A stretch of 64,000 bases of DNA from Azolla caroliniana (GCA_043228905.1 JBHGNT010000015.1:4898001-4962000), one strand, 5' to 3'. Positions 22,390 through 36,446 are shown, counted from the stretch's first letter. A program made the numbers and translations. The notes: generated by a model not told the origin, from the letters alone.

Positions 22390-22930
22390 AGCCATGGCCC
22401 TTGCATCATCCTCAACATCCACTATAACCCTAAATTTTGGAAACAGAAAAGGAAGCATCAACAAACTTTTGAACACAAACCACTGTGTATGGAGCAGTAA
22501 AATGATAATTTTATTTCACCAAACAAAACTATGGACTGTAGTAAAGGAACCATAAACCAAACCAGATGTTTGTGACCCAACATTTGAAGCATGAGAAGAG
22601 AAAGATCTGGTAGCACAATTGGAGATTATGTCTCATCTATGGATCTACAAATGAATTCGAACCAAAAACAGATGGAAATCAAACTATGACATTAAATATA
22701 CTTGTAACCTTAAAAAACGAAATATGATGATGAGATGAGAGAATTCATCAATACATGGAAGACCAAACTCGATGATTGTCTTATAGCACGAGTCAATATT
22801 AATAAAAAATTTCAGTCGTTGCTACTTCTTAGTGCCCTCCCGAACTCTTGGAGGATTTTTGTCATTACTAAAAATTCAAATCACATTTTAATTCTCAACG
22901 ACTTAATAAAGTGCAATCTTAGGATTTGGT
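22390..22930 (+). pseudogene. Copia gag relic (duplicate of 36447-36840)
   Basis: MALASSS...KLLNTN...LLLSALPNSW; homologous to the gag at 27620-28390. Confidence 0.7.
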
Positions 22931-24724
22931 CAGAAGAAGAAAACAAATTTGATGTCAATCAATTGAAAGTCCATGACAAACTGAATTGGAAATTGAAAAC
23001 TCTCCAATGTATGATTTAAGGATGGATGTGACATACAAATGACCCACACATGTAAAAATAGCTATAGTGGTAAGGTCATGAAAGCTTTATAACTTATATA
23101 TATATGGATTCAACTTGTGTTACGTATAGTATCAACCTAAGAGATATTGGCATAGAAAACCACTTGCATTTACTATGCTAAACATTGACTTGCACCATGA
23201 CTGACTTGAAGTTATGAGAGGTGAGAAGGCAAGTGGCACATATTCGTTGGGAAACTTTTATAGTTGGTTGGGGTATGAAAGACGAAGATAAGATGGATCA
23301 AGTGGTTTCGAGGCCAAAATGATATGCATTTTATCATTTTGCTGGCTTGTTCATTAGAAATGAGAAAGAAAGACATGATTTGACGTCATAAGAGGGAACT
23401 AAAAATTGCTCCTTGAGTTTGTGGTGAAAATGAAACCCAATTTGAATGGTAGTCTTTCGTTAATTTTTGGTATCCACTATGCTTATGGAATTTCACCATC
23501 AAAATTTAAACATTAAATGTTTTTGGGATGTTTGTTAAGGTCAAATGGTTTTGGACTTTATGAATATTACATTCCTTGTTATATCCATTGTTGCAATGAT
23601 TCATCATTTTATGCATTTCCTTTTCCTATATGTCATACACTTTTCTCTCACAAAACCATTCTTTGATATGTGATAATTAGCCTTACACTTTTTTCTCTCA
23701 AAACCATGTTTCTTTGATATGTGATAATTAGCCTCAGTCAAGCAGAGAGTTTATGGGTATCGCCAATCTTAGCAGACTTAATTCAATTAATAACCTGCAC
23801 AAACCTTTACTTCCTCTGAATCAGCCATCCCTCCATGGCCGTTACATCTCAGGCCTGAACCATCTCTTAAATTCCTATCCAAGAGAAAAAGCTTGATCGT
23901 TTTTGGACATGGAAACCTCAGGCTTTGTCACTTCTCTCGCCACATCTTTCCTTGTCTTCGTCGTTCTTCAAGTTCTCCATTTCATCTTCTCTCGGATCCG
24001 CGCAAACCAAGATATCTATTACCCTGCCAAGAAACACTGGAAGATCCCCCTTCCTTTCAATCATGGCATTTTCGGCTGGCTACGCGAAGCTTGGTTCGCT
24101 ACTGAGGACGACATTATCAAGTTTGCAGGCCTGGATGCTACCATTTTACATGGCGTTTCTTGGATCTGGTATTTCATATCTACATAAATTTCCTGTTTTC
24201 GACTCGTTTAGCTGATTCGGTTCATATGAATTAATTAATCGCTGGACAAGTTTTTCCCTATGCTCAATCATCTTAGTCTGGAATGCGATTACTTAGATTG
24301 ATTAGTTTGGAACTGCAGCGGATCCAAATAGACGGGCCTGCCTTTGCTTTAAAACTGGTGGGATGAAACTGGATCAATGGGATGAAACTGGTGGTTTTTC
24401 TCTTCTTCTTGACTGATTCTGCAGGACGGGAGCAAACGTCTGTGGGCTTATGTAAGTGGAGTTTACATGATCACCATAGCCACGCTGCATCGGCTCTGGA
24501 AAACCTACAAGCATGTACTGCATCTGAGAAGCGTGGATCAATGTAACCCTCAGAAAGTAAAACCAGAGCAATACGCAGTTCTGGTGAGGGACATCCCTTG
24601 CTCCTGTGCCTGGCTCTGGCACCATCTATGACCAGGTGGACAAGTACTTTAAAGCTCTGCATCCTCAAAGCTACAGAGCATGTGTCACAAAGACATCCAA
24701 TATGTATACACTAAAGATCTCATA

Positions 24725-27259
24725 CAACACAAATTTTTTACGTGGAAAACCCTCACACATTCATGGGACCTAGTCCAAAACTAATTCACTATCAATATAA
24801 ATCTAATACACCAAAGTTCTACTCTAAACAAGTTAAGTGTACTATGAGAAATCGAGGAATATGATGTTTCCTCAAAAACTAAACACAACAAAAGGACACA
24901 AAAACCACCAAAACTCACAGAACGTGGCTGATGACAGAGGCGACGATGTTCGGATGTCTGAGTGTGCTGGTGTACTTTCGAGAATGCTTGAAGGAATCAG
25001 CCAAGAAAGCGAGTATGAGCTCTCTGAAATCTGTTTTTTCTTTGCTACGATAGAGAAATGCACGTTTCCCCCTTTATAACTCTCAAAACAAAAATGAGTT
25101 ACATAGTGTAGATATGTAACGCCTTCTTGTGTGAGCCCCTTTCACACTATATTTAAAAAATTACAAGTTTTGGGCATCCAAGGACCATTTGCATAGAATG
25201 TGGACAGAAAAACTTAACAATCTTCCCCTTTGGCAAACTTAACAAAGGAGAAGTTTCCATTGAACCACTTAGTTTCTGTTCATTCGGCAACATGTCAACA
25301 TGATTTTCCTTTGTGTGAATTTTCTTGAGTTGTAGAAGTTGATCTTCAATTGCCGAGCGTAGCCAATGATACCTTACATCAATATGTTTCGTACGAGAAT
25401 GGTACATTGAGTTCTTGCTTAGATCCATTGCACTTTGGCTGTCACAAAATATCACATAAGTTAGGTGACTTAAACCCAAATCTGAAGCAAACATTTTCAA
25501 CCATAGCATCTCTTTGGTAGCTTCAATGGCTGCAATATATTCCGCTTCTGTTGTAGACAAAGCAACACATTTTTGCAACTTAGATTGCCACGATACGGCT
25601 CCCCCTGTAAATGTAAATAAGTAAGCCGAAGTAGATTTTCTCCCATCGAGATCCCCTGCCATATCTGAATCTGAGAAACCTTCAAGAGTTTGTTTAGAAT
25701 CTCCAAAACATAAACATAATTTTGATGTACCTCTTAAATATCGAAAGATCCATTTTACGACATCCCAATGAGACTTACTCGGATTGGAGAGATATCTAAT
25801 TATAACACTAACAGCATGAGCAATATTTGGCCTTGTGCTAACCATAGCATACATCAATGAACCAATCGCTGAAGAGTAAGGAATTGAAGACATCACTTCT
25901 TTCTCTTGCTAGGTATGTGGACAATCTTTTCTAAATAATTAAAAATGGCTAGCAGGGGGGGTACTTACTGGTTTTGCATTATGCATATTAAACCTCTCTA
26001 ATACTCATTCTAGTATGTATTTTTCTTGAAAAAGCCATAACCTTCCACATTCCCTATTGCGAGTACTTTTCATGCATAAAATATGTTTAGCACGGCCAAG
26101 ATCTTTCATGTCGAAGGCCTTAGATACATCCACCTTTAACTTGTGGATATTGTCTACATCTTGGCCTACAATTAGCATATCATCGAGATACAATAAGAGA
26201 ATTATAAAATTACCTTCAGAAAAATGCTTAACATACACACAATGATCTCCATTAGGCTTGGTGTAGTTTTGACTCGCCATAAATGCATCAAACCTTCTAT
26301 ACCATTGTTGTAGTGCTTGTTTTAGGCCATAAAGACTTTTCCTCAACTTGCATACCATATGCTCCTTTCCTTTCTCTTCGAAACCCTCCGGTTGTTCCAT
26401 GCAGATCTCTTCTTTCAAATCTCCATGCAATAAAGTTGTCTTTACATCGAGTTGCTCAATCTCGAGATTTAAAGTGGCTGCCAAACCTAAAACAACTTGA
26501 ATAGAACTCATTTTCACAATTGGTGAGAAAATTTCATCAAAATCAATACCTTTCTTTCGGCCAAAACCTTACAACTAAACGAGCCTTGTTTTACAAGGTT
26601 ACCATCACCTTGTTTTAACTTAAACACCCATTTATTTTTTAAACCTTTTCTTCCCTTAGGAAGTTCTACTAAATCAAATGTATTATTTTTCTTTAATGAG
26701 TTCATTTCGTTGTGCATGGCTTTTATCCAATCATCCTTATCTTTATGGTTTAAAACGTCATAATAACTTTCAGGCTCCCCCTCGTAAGAGATTAAGACAC
26801 AATCGAACTAGGATACCTTACAGATGGTTTTCGATCTCTTGTAGACCTTCTAGGTTGTTCATTGACCACCTCTTGGTAGAAAATGTGCTCCCCCCGCTCA
26901 AAACCTGTTTGTGGTAAAATATCATCATGATTAGCTTCAACCCAATTATTTATAATACTTGGTTCATCAACATCCTCGCGGTTTTCGTCTTGTTGGGCAA
27001 CATCTCCATATGTGACATCTTCGGTCGTGGGAATCGGGTCCAAATCTATAAGCCCACCATCTACTTGAGTGTTGGATTTGTTGACCTTTTCAATATCTTC
27101 AATAGTTTGATCCTCAACAAATACCACATTACGACTTCGAATAAGCTTCCTTTCTATTGGGTCATAACATCTGTAACCAAACTCATATTGGCCATAAACA
27201 ATAAAAATACATTCTTTAGATTTACCATCTAACTTAGACCGTTCATCTTTAGGTATATG
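24725..27259 (-). mobile_element. Truncated Tnt1/Tork-like copia (INT C-term, RT, RNase H, PPT, truncated 3' LTR 24725-25219) inside ERD4 copy 1
   Basis: HIPKDERSKLD, LYLDDML, SDSDMAGD, HIDVRYHW motifs; PPT at 25221-25230; LTR homologous to 61605-62210. Confidence 0.88.
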
Positions 27260-27609
27260 TGTCAGAACCAAGGATAAAAGATAGAGTGATGGAAGAAGGA
27301 TATTAGAGAACACGAGAAGAAAGGAACGAAATACTAAGAGAAGAATGGAGGTATAAGATAGAGAAAGAAAGAGAATGGATACAAGATATGTAATGAGAGC
27401 TAAAGACTGGTGTTGATTCGAATTGATTTGAGAATACATGTATGCCCTTATTTATAGGTTCCTATAGAATAGCTTAGAGATTTCTAGAATGTTCTAGAAT
27501 GTTCTAGACCTAGAATGCTCTAGGACATTCTAGAACATTCTAGAATAATCTAGAGGTTTTACAATAATCAATGTAATACAAGAAGTAGCTTTTATTGTTT
27601 CATATAACA
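27260..27609 (-). repeat. Solo LTR of the Tcn1-like family with a heat-shock-element array
   Basis: TG...CA ends; same TATA/TSS/HSE layout as LTR 55664-56508. Confidence 0.65.
27482..27556. promoter_or_regulatory. Heat-shock element array (nTTCnnGAAn repeats)
   Basis: TTCtaGAAtgTTCtaGAAtgTTC and TTCtaGAAcaTTCtaGAA. Confidence 0.75.
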
Positions 27610-27619
27610 ATAAGCTATC

Positions 27620-28750
27620 TTAATGGTTGAGGTTTTCACTTTTGCAAATGTTACAATAAGACTTAATGAACTTCATTCCTCCTTTAGTCATAGGTGCATT
27701 AGTCCACTGACTCTTGAAACTCTTGTATCTTGCTTGTTTGTAACGAGGTCGATAAGCTGCCATAACGATTGCTTGTGTTGATGTGTTTTCTTCTCTTGTC
27801 TTTCTCATCGAGTCTTCTTGTCTTATGTCTCCCATGAGATCTTCCACAGTAGCTTGTTTATTTAAATTTTGTGTAGTCACAAAAGATGACCAAGAAGAGG
27901 GTAAAGCGCCCAATAATAAACATCTTTGTAGTTTGTTAGAGATGTCCAAGCCAGATGTAATTGTATCATCCAATTTCTTTTCCCAAGTTATTAGAAAATT
28001 ATCTACATCATCTTCTTCGTTCATTGTAGATGTGACATATGCACGTAGTGTTCGCACTTGTGCTACATCCGTCTTTGGTTCGTATTGTGTCTTTAATTTC
28101 TCCCAAATTTGATGTGAAGTTTGCAACTTTCTAACCACTTCTCCTTGAACATTTGATATATGTGCTAATAATTCCATCTTTGCTACAACATCTTTCTCTT
28201 CCCAAATAACTTGATCAGGTCTAGGGAGTTTAGGTTTTGTTGATAATCTTGACACTACATCCCAAAGTTTGTAGTGTTGAAATAATAATTTGAGTCGAGC
28301 ACTCCAAATGCGATAATTTTGCTTTGATAACTTTTCTAATGAAAGTTTATGTGTGTTGAGAATGTTGGTAGGAGTTGAGGATTGTGCCATTTTTATGAAA
28401 GAGGGCTATTCGGCTTAGCGCTTGTCTTGATGACAAATCGATCAACACTCCTGGGATTCTCAAGTCTTATTTGATAGATGCAGAAATCTATAAATTTGAT
28501 ACCATATAGAATTCGACAACTATACAAATAGAGAATGATTGCTAGAGAGAGATCACACATACATAAATTTGTTCTACATTGATTGTGTTATAGTTACATT
28601 AGCCAAATGACTTGTTTGTAGAGCCGATGGACAAAAAGTTATGTTCCTTCAATGAAGAGTTTTCTCTAAAGTCTTATAATAAATAACTCTTTGTAATTAC
28701 TTATTTTTAATAATATTAATAATATAATATTTAGATTAAATATTTCCACA
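27620..28750 (-). mobile_element. Truncated copia: 5' LTR (about 28505-28750), degenerate PBS and gag ORF 27620-28390 ending at the zinc knuckle
   Basis: 256-aa gag (EKLSKQNYRIWS, LLGALPSSW, YCNICK); TGGTATCAAA PBS near 28495-28504; ERD4 intron resumes at 28751. Confidence 0.8.
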
Positions 28751-29789
28751 TTAAGAAGCTGATGGTCATGATGCATACTCTTCTGTAACCTAGAATAATC
28801 AGACTTCCATTGTATTGACATCAAACCATTCATGAATTTGCAGTCTATGCATAGCCTTTACGCCAATCAATTGACTACTTGTGCTGCTCCCGATCCTAGG
28901 GTAGTCATATAGGAAAACCTCGCCATACCGACAAACTGTAGTCTACCTTGTGGTTTTACACATGATCCTGTTCTACATGATCCCCATTGCCTTCATCTCG
29001 GCCCTTATCTCACTTGACAACTTGGAGAAGAAGCTACCGTTCCTAAAGCCTATAGTGGAGATACCATTTGTCAATACAACACTCCAGGCTTTTCTACCTT
29101 AGCTTGTTCTCCTTGCCTTCATTCTTGTGCTTCTTGATCTGCTCTTGAAGCTCTCAAAGTTTGAGGGAATTTCTTCAAAAGACTTACAGGACAGGGCAGC
29201 TGCTGAGAAATTCTTCTACTTCAATGTTTTGAACATCTTTTTGGGTGTGACCATAGCCGGGAGCTTGTTCACTTCCCTTACAGGCATCATCGATAATCCA
29301 CAATTCATAATTTCACTGCCATGCAAATCTCTCCCTGGACAAGCCAATTTCTTCATCTCATTTGTGGCCCTCAGGTAATATCGCGCGCCATTGCTACAAC
29401 ACTAGGTCTATATCTACGCATTTTTCTATACAATCAGCATCTGGAAATCTCTTAATTGTGCTTGTTATGTTTATAAGAACTGGGATGGGCACACTTATAC
29501 CCCGACTTTGGAGAACTTCTAGGATCTAAGATGTTGCAATTTCTCTTTATGGATTTGGACCATCAATATAATGCAGGACTAAAAAACAATGGGTGTATTA
29601 GGCATATATACTTTATAGCATGACCTAATGATTCTAATCTTCATTCATGATGCTTATTAATGCAGGTTCTTTGTGAGTTATGGCTTGGCATTCTCAAGGC
29701 TAGGGTCACTTCTCAAATTTCGTTTCAGAAAGAGGTTCCTATGCAAGATTGATGAAGAGATCGAAGAAGCATGGGCTCCTAACTCCTTC

Positions 29790-32700
29790 TCTTAGGATGA
29801 CACTTGGATCAAATAGTACATTAGATTAAATAGAAAACAATAATATGATAATATAGGAGCAGAGAAATAAATGACACGAGTATTTACGTGGTTCGGCTAA
29901 ATTAGCCTACGTCCACGGAAAGGAGAGTGATTCCACTATAAGAAAATGTAATAGAGAGTTTACAACAATTAGAGAAATTATTCTCTAATTAAACCCAACA
30001 CCCAAGAGAATAACCTCACAATTCTCTCACAAGAATTCTCTAAAATGGTGTTTCCCAACTCTCTAATTCTCTCAAATCTCACAAGCATACAACTCTTGGT
30101 GGTCATCCTATTTTTTAAATGACTAAGGCTGCCTTTATATATATAGCCCTCACTTCATTAACTTTTGCATGATAATGATGTTTGCATGGGCCTTTATATA
30201 TACTTTATGGAGATGAGAGACGTGGCTTTTCATAAACCACAAAAATTAATTCAAGTCATTTAACAAATCTCCACGTTGACTTGAATTTTATAGTAGTCTC
30301 ACTCCACCTTTGCCAGATAACTCAATTATCAGCAACACCAATCAAATTCAAGCAATGCTTGAACTTGATTCTTGTAAGAGGCTTCGTCAACATATCTGCG
30401 GGATTTTCATAAGTTGAAATCTTTTTCACTAAGATATTACCCCGCGAAATAACATCACGAACAAAGTGATACTTGATATCAATGTGCTTAGTTCTTTCAT
30501 GGAACATCTGATATTTAGTCAAATGAATGGCATTTTGACTATCACATAAAATGTCGATCTTGTCCGAACAAGAATTGAGCTCACCAAGTAAGCCTCTTAA
30601 CCAGATCCCTTCTTTAATCACCTCTGTCACTGCAATGTACTCAGCCTCTGTCGTTGATAACGCAACCACGGGCTGCAACGAAGCTTTCTAGCTAACTGCA
30701 CTTCCACCTAGAGTGAATACATACCCTGTCAGTGATCTTCTTTTATCAAGATCACCAACATAGTCAGAGTCAATATAGCCAACTAGAGAACTACTACTCT
30801 TGCCAAACTCCAGATAAGCGTTTGAAGTCCCACGCAAATATCTTAGAATCCATTTCACTGCATTCCAGTGTGATTTTCCAGGACAAGCCATGTATCTTCT
30901 GACCATACTCACAACATGTGAAATATCTGGACGTGTACAAACCATAGCATACATCATACTACCAACTGCACTGGAGTAGGGAACTCTTGCCATGTATCTG
31001 TTTTCATTATTTGGCTTTGGTGATAAAGAAGCTGCAAACGGAGTCGATACTGGTTTAGCATTTTTCATACCAAACCTCTCCAACACTTTCTCAATATAAC
31101 TCTTCTGAGTTAAATACAACTTTCCACCAATACGATCTCTTTCGATTTTCATGCCAAGGATCCTTTTTGCTGCACCAACATCCTTTATCTCGAACACTCT
31201 ATTCAACTGCTTCTTTATTTCTTCAATATCCGACATATTTTTAGCTGCAATCAACAAGTCATCAACATAAAGAAGCAGATAGATAAATGAACCATCATGA
31301 GTCTTCCTGAAATAGACACAATTGTCATAACTGTTTTTTGAGTATCTGCTGCCAACCATAAAGGAATCAAATCGCTTGTATCACTGTCTCGAAGACTGTT
31401 TTAAACCGTATAACGATTTCTTCAATAGGCAAACATGATCTTCTTTTCCTTCAACAACAAAACCTTCTGGTTGTTGCATGTAAATGTCTTCTTGAAGTTC
31501 ACCATACAAAAATGCGGTTTTTACATCAAGTTGTTCTAACTCCAAATCATGCATAGCAAATAATGCAAGCAAGACACAAATAGAACTATGTTTCACAACA
31601 GGTGAGAATATATCATTAAAATCAACACCTAGTACCTAACTGTAGCCTTTATCTACTAACTGTGCCTTGTACCTTGCTTTCTCCACTCCAGGAATTCCTA
31701 CCTTTATTTTGAAGATCCATTTACAACCAACAATCCTTTTTCTAGTTGGTGGCTTCACAAGTACCCAAGTTTTGTTTTTATAAAGAGACTCAATTTCTTC
31801 TTGCATAGAAAACAACCACTTGGTGGAATCAACAGAAGAAACGGCTTCAGAGTAAGAAGCTGGCTCGCCAATAGAATTTGTTTCTTCTCCAACTGATAAA
31901 GCATATGCAACCATATCAACATATCTCTGTAGTGGTCTAATTTCTCTTCTTGGTCTATCTCTTGAAATACTTCGTTCTTCCTCAGGAGGTGCTTCTTCTA
32001 CGACATCAAGCTCCTCTTCTACAAATTCAGAAGTAGGTGTTCAGCCATCACTGGTGGACTTGGAACTTCAAGCCCCACCTACTTTGATGTACTTCTTGTC
32101 TTATATGTATCAGAAGAAAACACAGGTTCCTTTTGAGGATTTAGTAGAGCAAATTCATCAAAAGTAACATCTCTACTAATTACAAATTTAGGTGACTTAG
32201 GATCAGGACACCACAATCTATATCCTTTCACCCCAGAAGCACAACCAAGAAAAATACATTTTCTAGCTCGAGGCTCCAATTTTCCTTCACTAACATGCAT
32301 ATAAGTAGGACATCCAAATATTCTCAAATTTGAATAATTAGCAGGACCATACCTCTTCAGGAGTTTTAAACTCAATTGCCGTTGACGGTGAACAATTCAC
32401 TAGGAAACATGCCGTGGAAACTGCTTTAGCCCAAAAATGTTTGGACAACCGAGCATTGGAAAGCATACAACAAGCCCTTTCCAAAAGAGTTATGTTCATG
32501 CGCTCAACTACGCCATTCAGCTGCGGTGTTTTAACTACTGTGCGATGTCTGGAAATTCCTTTAGCCTCACAAAACCTGTTAAAATCTCCTCCGCAGAATT
32601 CCAAACCATTATCAGTTCGAAGTCTTCTAATCTGCTTTCCCGTTTGCTTCTCGATCAGAATTTTCCACTTCTTAAAAGTATCAAACACATAACATTTGTG

Positions 32701-34736
32701 TTGAAGAAAATAGACCCAGACTTTTCTTGAAAAATCATCAATAAAAGTCAAAAGATATCGAGCTCCTCCTTTTGATGGAACTGGTGTTGGTCCCCACAAA
32801 ATTAGAGTGAATATAATCCAAAGAACCTCTAGTCTTATGGATTTCAGTGCCAAAGCTGAGTCTCTTCTACTTTCCAAATACACAATGCTCACAAAAATCC
32901 ATCTTTCCTGTACTTTGGCCACAAAGTAGTCCTCGTTTGCTCAATAAGGTTAAACCTTTTTCACTCATATGCCCGAGCCTCATGTGCCATAACTTCGTAA
33001 CATCAGAATCTGACATAGACGATAAAGAAACTGCTACAGAAGCCGTCATTGTCGAGCCATGTAATACATACAGGCTTCCTACTTTTCTAGCCTTCATCAC
33101 AACCAACGCACCTTTGCTAACTTTTAATACTCCATCTTCAGCTGAGAACTTGCAGCCGTTGGCATCGAGGGTGCCCAATGAGATGAGATTCTTCTTCAGA
33201 TCAGGAACATGCCTCACATCAGTCAATGTTCTAACAATCCCATCTGGAGCATTATTCCCCATCAAAACTACTCCTCCATCAATAGACTCGTATGATGAAA
33301 ACCAGTCTTGATTGGGACACATATGATTAGAACAACCATTATCCATAATCCACTCATTATTCAACTTGATTGACTTTTTTGTCACAAAGAGCACATCAAC
33401 ATCACCTCCTACTTCAGCAACAATAACTTTACCTGCATCCTCATTTCTATCTCGTGGAGTATTCTTTTTTCTCTGCAACTTATCACAATTCTTGCGAACA
33501 TGACCTGGTTCCTTACAATGCCAACACACAACAGATCTACTTCTAGATTTAGATCTAGATTTAGGCCTATCTCTATTGTTCCCTTTTTGTTTAGATCTAC
33601 CCCTTACATATAAACCCTGTGCCTAACTATCACTAGTTTGTCCAGTGATATCATGATCAATCTTTTCTTTAGTTTCCAAAGAAAATTTAACATGTTTTAG
33701 AGAAATAGTATTTTCCCATACAACATAGTTTCTCTAAAATGTCTATATGAATGGGGTAATGAACACAACAACAATGCCTTATCTTCATCATCAATAGTAA
33801 CATCGAGATTTTGCAAATCCATGATAATAGATTCAAACTCATCAATATGAAAACTGAGAGATGTACCTTCATTCATCGGTGGTGAATACAAGCATTGTTT
33901 CTTATAAAGCTTGTTCGTTAGAGCCCTTTTCAGATAGAGAGACTCCAATTTTTCCCATAGTGCCTTCGCTATCTTCTCAGAGATTACCTCTCAGAAAACT
34001 TCATTTTCCAAAGACAAATGAATCGCTGAGCGGGCCTTCTCGTCTATATCCTCCCACCTGGAGTCCGTCATACCGTCGGGCCTTACATCTAAAGCCTTCT
34101 AAACATGTTCTGCTCAAGGATCGCGCGCATCCTTACTTGCCAAAGAGAGAAGTTGATTTTTCAATCGAACTTCTTGACATCAAATTTTTTTGTCGACATC
34201 TTGACTTAACAAGAAAATACCAAAACTAATGTACTAACAACCAGGGCTCTAATACCAATGTGTTAGGATGACACTTGGATCAAATAGTACATTAGATTAA
34301 ATAGAAAACAATAATATGATAATATAGGTGCAGAGATATAAATGACATGAGTATTTATGTGGTTCGGCTAAATTAGCCTACGTCCACGGAAAGGAGAGTG
34401 ATTCCACTATAAGAAAATGTAACAGAGAGTTTACAACAATTAGAGAAATTATTCTCTAATTAAACCCAACACCCAAGAGAATAACCTCACAATTCTCTCA
34501 CAAGAATTCTCTAAAATGGTGTTTCCCAACTCTCTAATTCTCTCAAATCTCACAAGCATACAACTCTTGGTGGTCATCCTATTTTTTAAATGACTAAGGC
34601 TGCCTTTATATATATAGTCCTCACTTCACTAACTTTTGCATGATAATGATGCTTGCATGGGCCTTTATATATACTTTATGGAGATGAGAGACGTGGCTTT
34701 TCATAAACCACAAAAATTAATTCAAGTCATTTAACA
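29790..34736 (-). mobile_element. Full-length but decayed Tnt1/Tork-like copia inserted in exon 6 of ERD4 copy 1
   Basis: 476-bp LTRs at 29790-30265 and 34261-34736 (about 9 differences by eye). TSD CCTTC/CATTC, PBS 34246-34257, fragmented gag-PR-INT-RT-RH. The exon reads WAPNSF|KYAIRVPGDM across it. Confidence 0.93.
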
Positions 34737-36231
34737 CATTCAAATATGCAATTCGTGTGCCAGGGGATATGCTTGTCTTGACAATCACATTATCCTACGC
34801 AGTCATAGCACCGCTGATTTTGGTATTTGCCATCGTCTACTTTGGTTTAGATTGGCTATTCATGCGGAATTTGGTAAGGCCATTGCCGAGTTTGTGAATA
34901 CAAGTAATTCATAAGATTAATGTCACAAAGACGTATGTTATATACTGGGTTATGTGCTAATTGCATACGTCTGAAAATTTGGTGTTTATTACACATGTAT
35001 CTATGGGGTTAATGTACGTATACACGATACTTGTACTTTAAAATCCTTGTTTGGTGTATAGATTAATTTACACACTAACCAGAGATGTATTATACAAGTA
35101 TGTGTAGATTAATCTATGTTAAAAGGATGGTATACATTATAATATGCAAATACTTGTGTTTGAGCTAAATTAAGTACCCATATATAGAGATTATATAAGA
35201 CAATAATATGTTCCTTTACCATAGGAAGTGAAGATCATCCCTGAATTCAACCTAATTATATGAGCTATTTCAAAGAATGATTGGGGTTAGGATGCTTTAT
35301 TCCTTAATTGTTCATGATTGAGCTCCCCAATATGAAAAGAAGTTACGCAAAGGATTTAATATAAAGAATTAAATTTGTTCATAATTCAATGAAAGGGTTG
35401 CTATACTTCTTTTGGAGCAAGGAAGTCATAACAAGGATTTATTGATATATGAAAACCATCCATAATGTTTAATCATGTTAAGTTGTCCTTCTTTTGTGAT
35501 TTTGTAGGCAGTCAATGTGATCGTGGCAAAGTATGAGAGCGGAAGGAGGATGTGGACTCACATTCATTCCCGGATAGTGGGTTCTCTCTTCTTATCCCAA
35601 CTCACAATGCTGGGCTACTTTGGAGTGAAGAAGTTCGTGTATGTACCTTTGGTTGCAACTATCGTGTTCGCATACATATGTCAGAAGTTCTTTTACCCAT
35701 CTTTTGATGTGACTCCCCTCTATGGTACTTGTGAGGAACCACGCAAGCGTCCTAGTCTCAAGGAAGTCAAAAAATCCTATATCCCTTTGTTTCTCTTTGA
35801 TCGTAATGTATTTGAAAATGAGGAGATAGGCAGGCATTTTCAAAGGACCTGGGTAGAAGATCAATTTTAGTTCTAGAAACTCATGGTTTAGTATAGAATA
35901 CTGAAAATTTCCAGCATCCTCTAGGTCATGTATTATACAATACACTTGTGTGGTTGATTACTTTCTATTCAATTCATCTCCTTCTTGTAATGCTTCACTT
36001 TTATTTCACCATTCTCTTGTTGTTTTCTATGGTTGTTTATTCAGTTTTATTTCCTTGGACTCAAACTTGTCCAATATCCACTCATTTGGTTTCTTGGGTG
36101 ATTGGCTCTCTAGAGGTCCACATACAAAAAATAAAAATTAGTATTGTTATGTTGAAATAAAGAATTATAAAATAATCAAACAATAAAAAAAATATAATCA
36201 TAAATATCAATTTATATGGTTTATTATCTAA

Positions 36232-36363
36232 GAGACACATGAAGAGGCATTGTGTCTTATTGGAAAGTTACTTGAACATTGTTGGGAACTACTTGTTGAG
36301 ACACATGAAGAGGCATTGTGTCTTATTGGAAAGTTACTTGAACATTGTTGGGAACTACTTGTT
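36232..36363. repeat. 66-bp tandem duplication
   Basis: GAGACACATGAAGAGG...CTACTTGTT twice; single copy in the paralogous block near 22250-22310. Confidence 0.9.
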
Positions 36364-36446
36364 GTATCATTGTATGTTTCAATTGAATGGAATGGAATCA
36401 ATACATTAAGTGTATACAAAATTATCATATATTCTACATTTGGAGC

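Larger units (their letters stand above)
23909..35870 (+). pseudogene. ERD4: ERD4/OSCA3 (CSC1-like channel) pseudogene, copy 1; exons about 23909-24168, 24425-24701, 28844-29374, 29666-29789 plus 34742-34873, 35508-35870
   Basis: AGLDA, QYAVLVRDIP, FFYFNVLNIFLG, YAIRVPGDML, YESGRRMWTHIH motifs. It has frameshifts, in-frame TAG stops, no exons 2 and 4, a mutated exon-3 donor and a TE inside exon 6. Confidence 0.88.
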
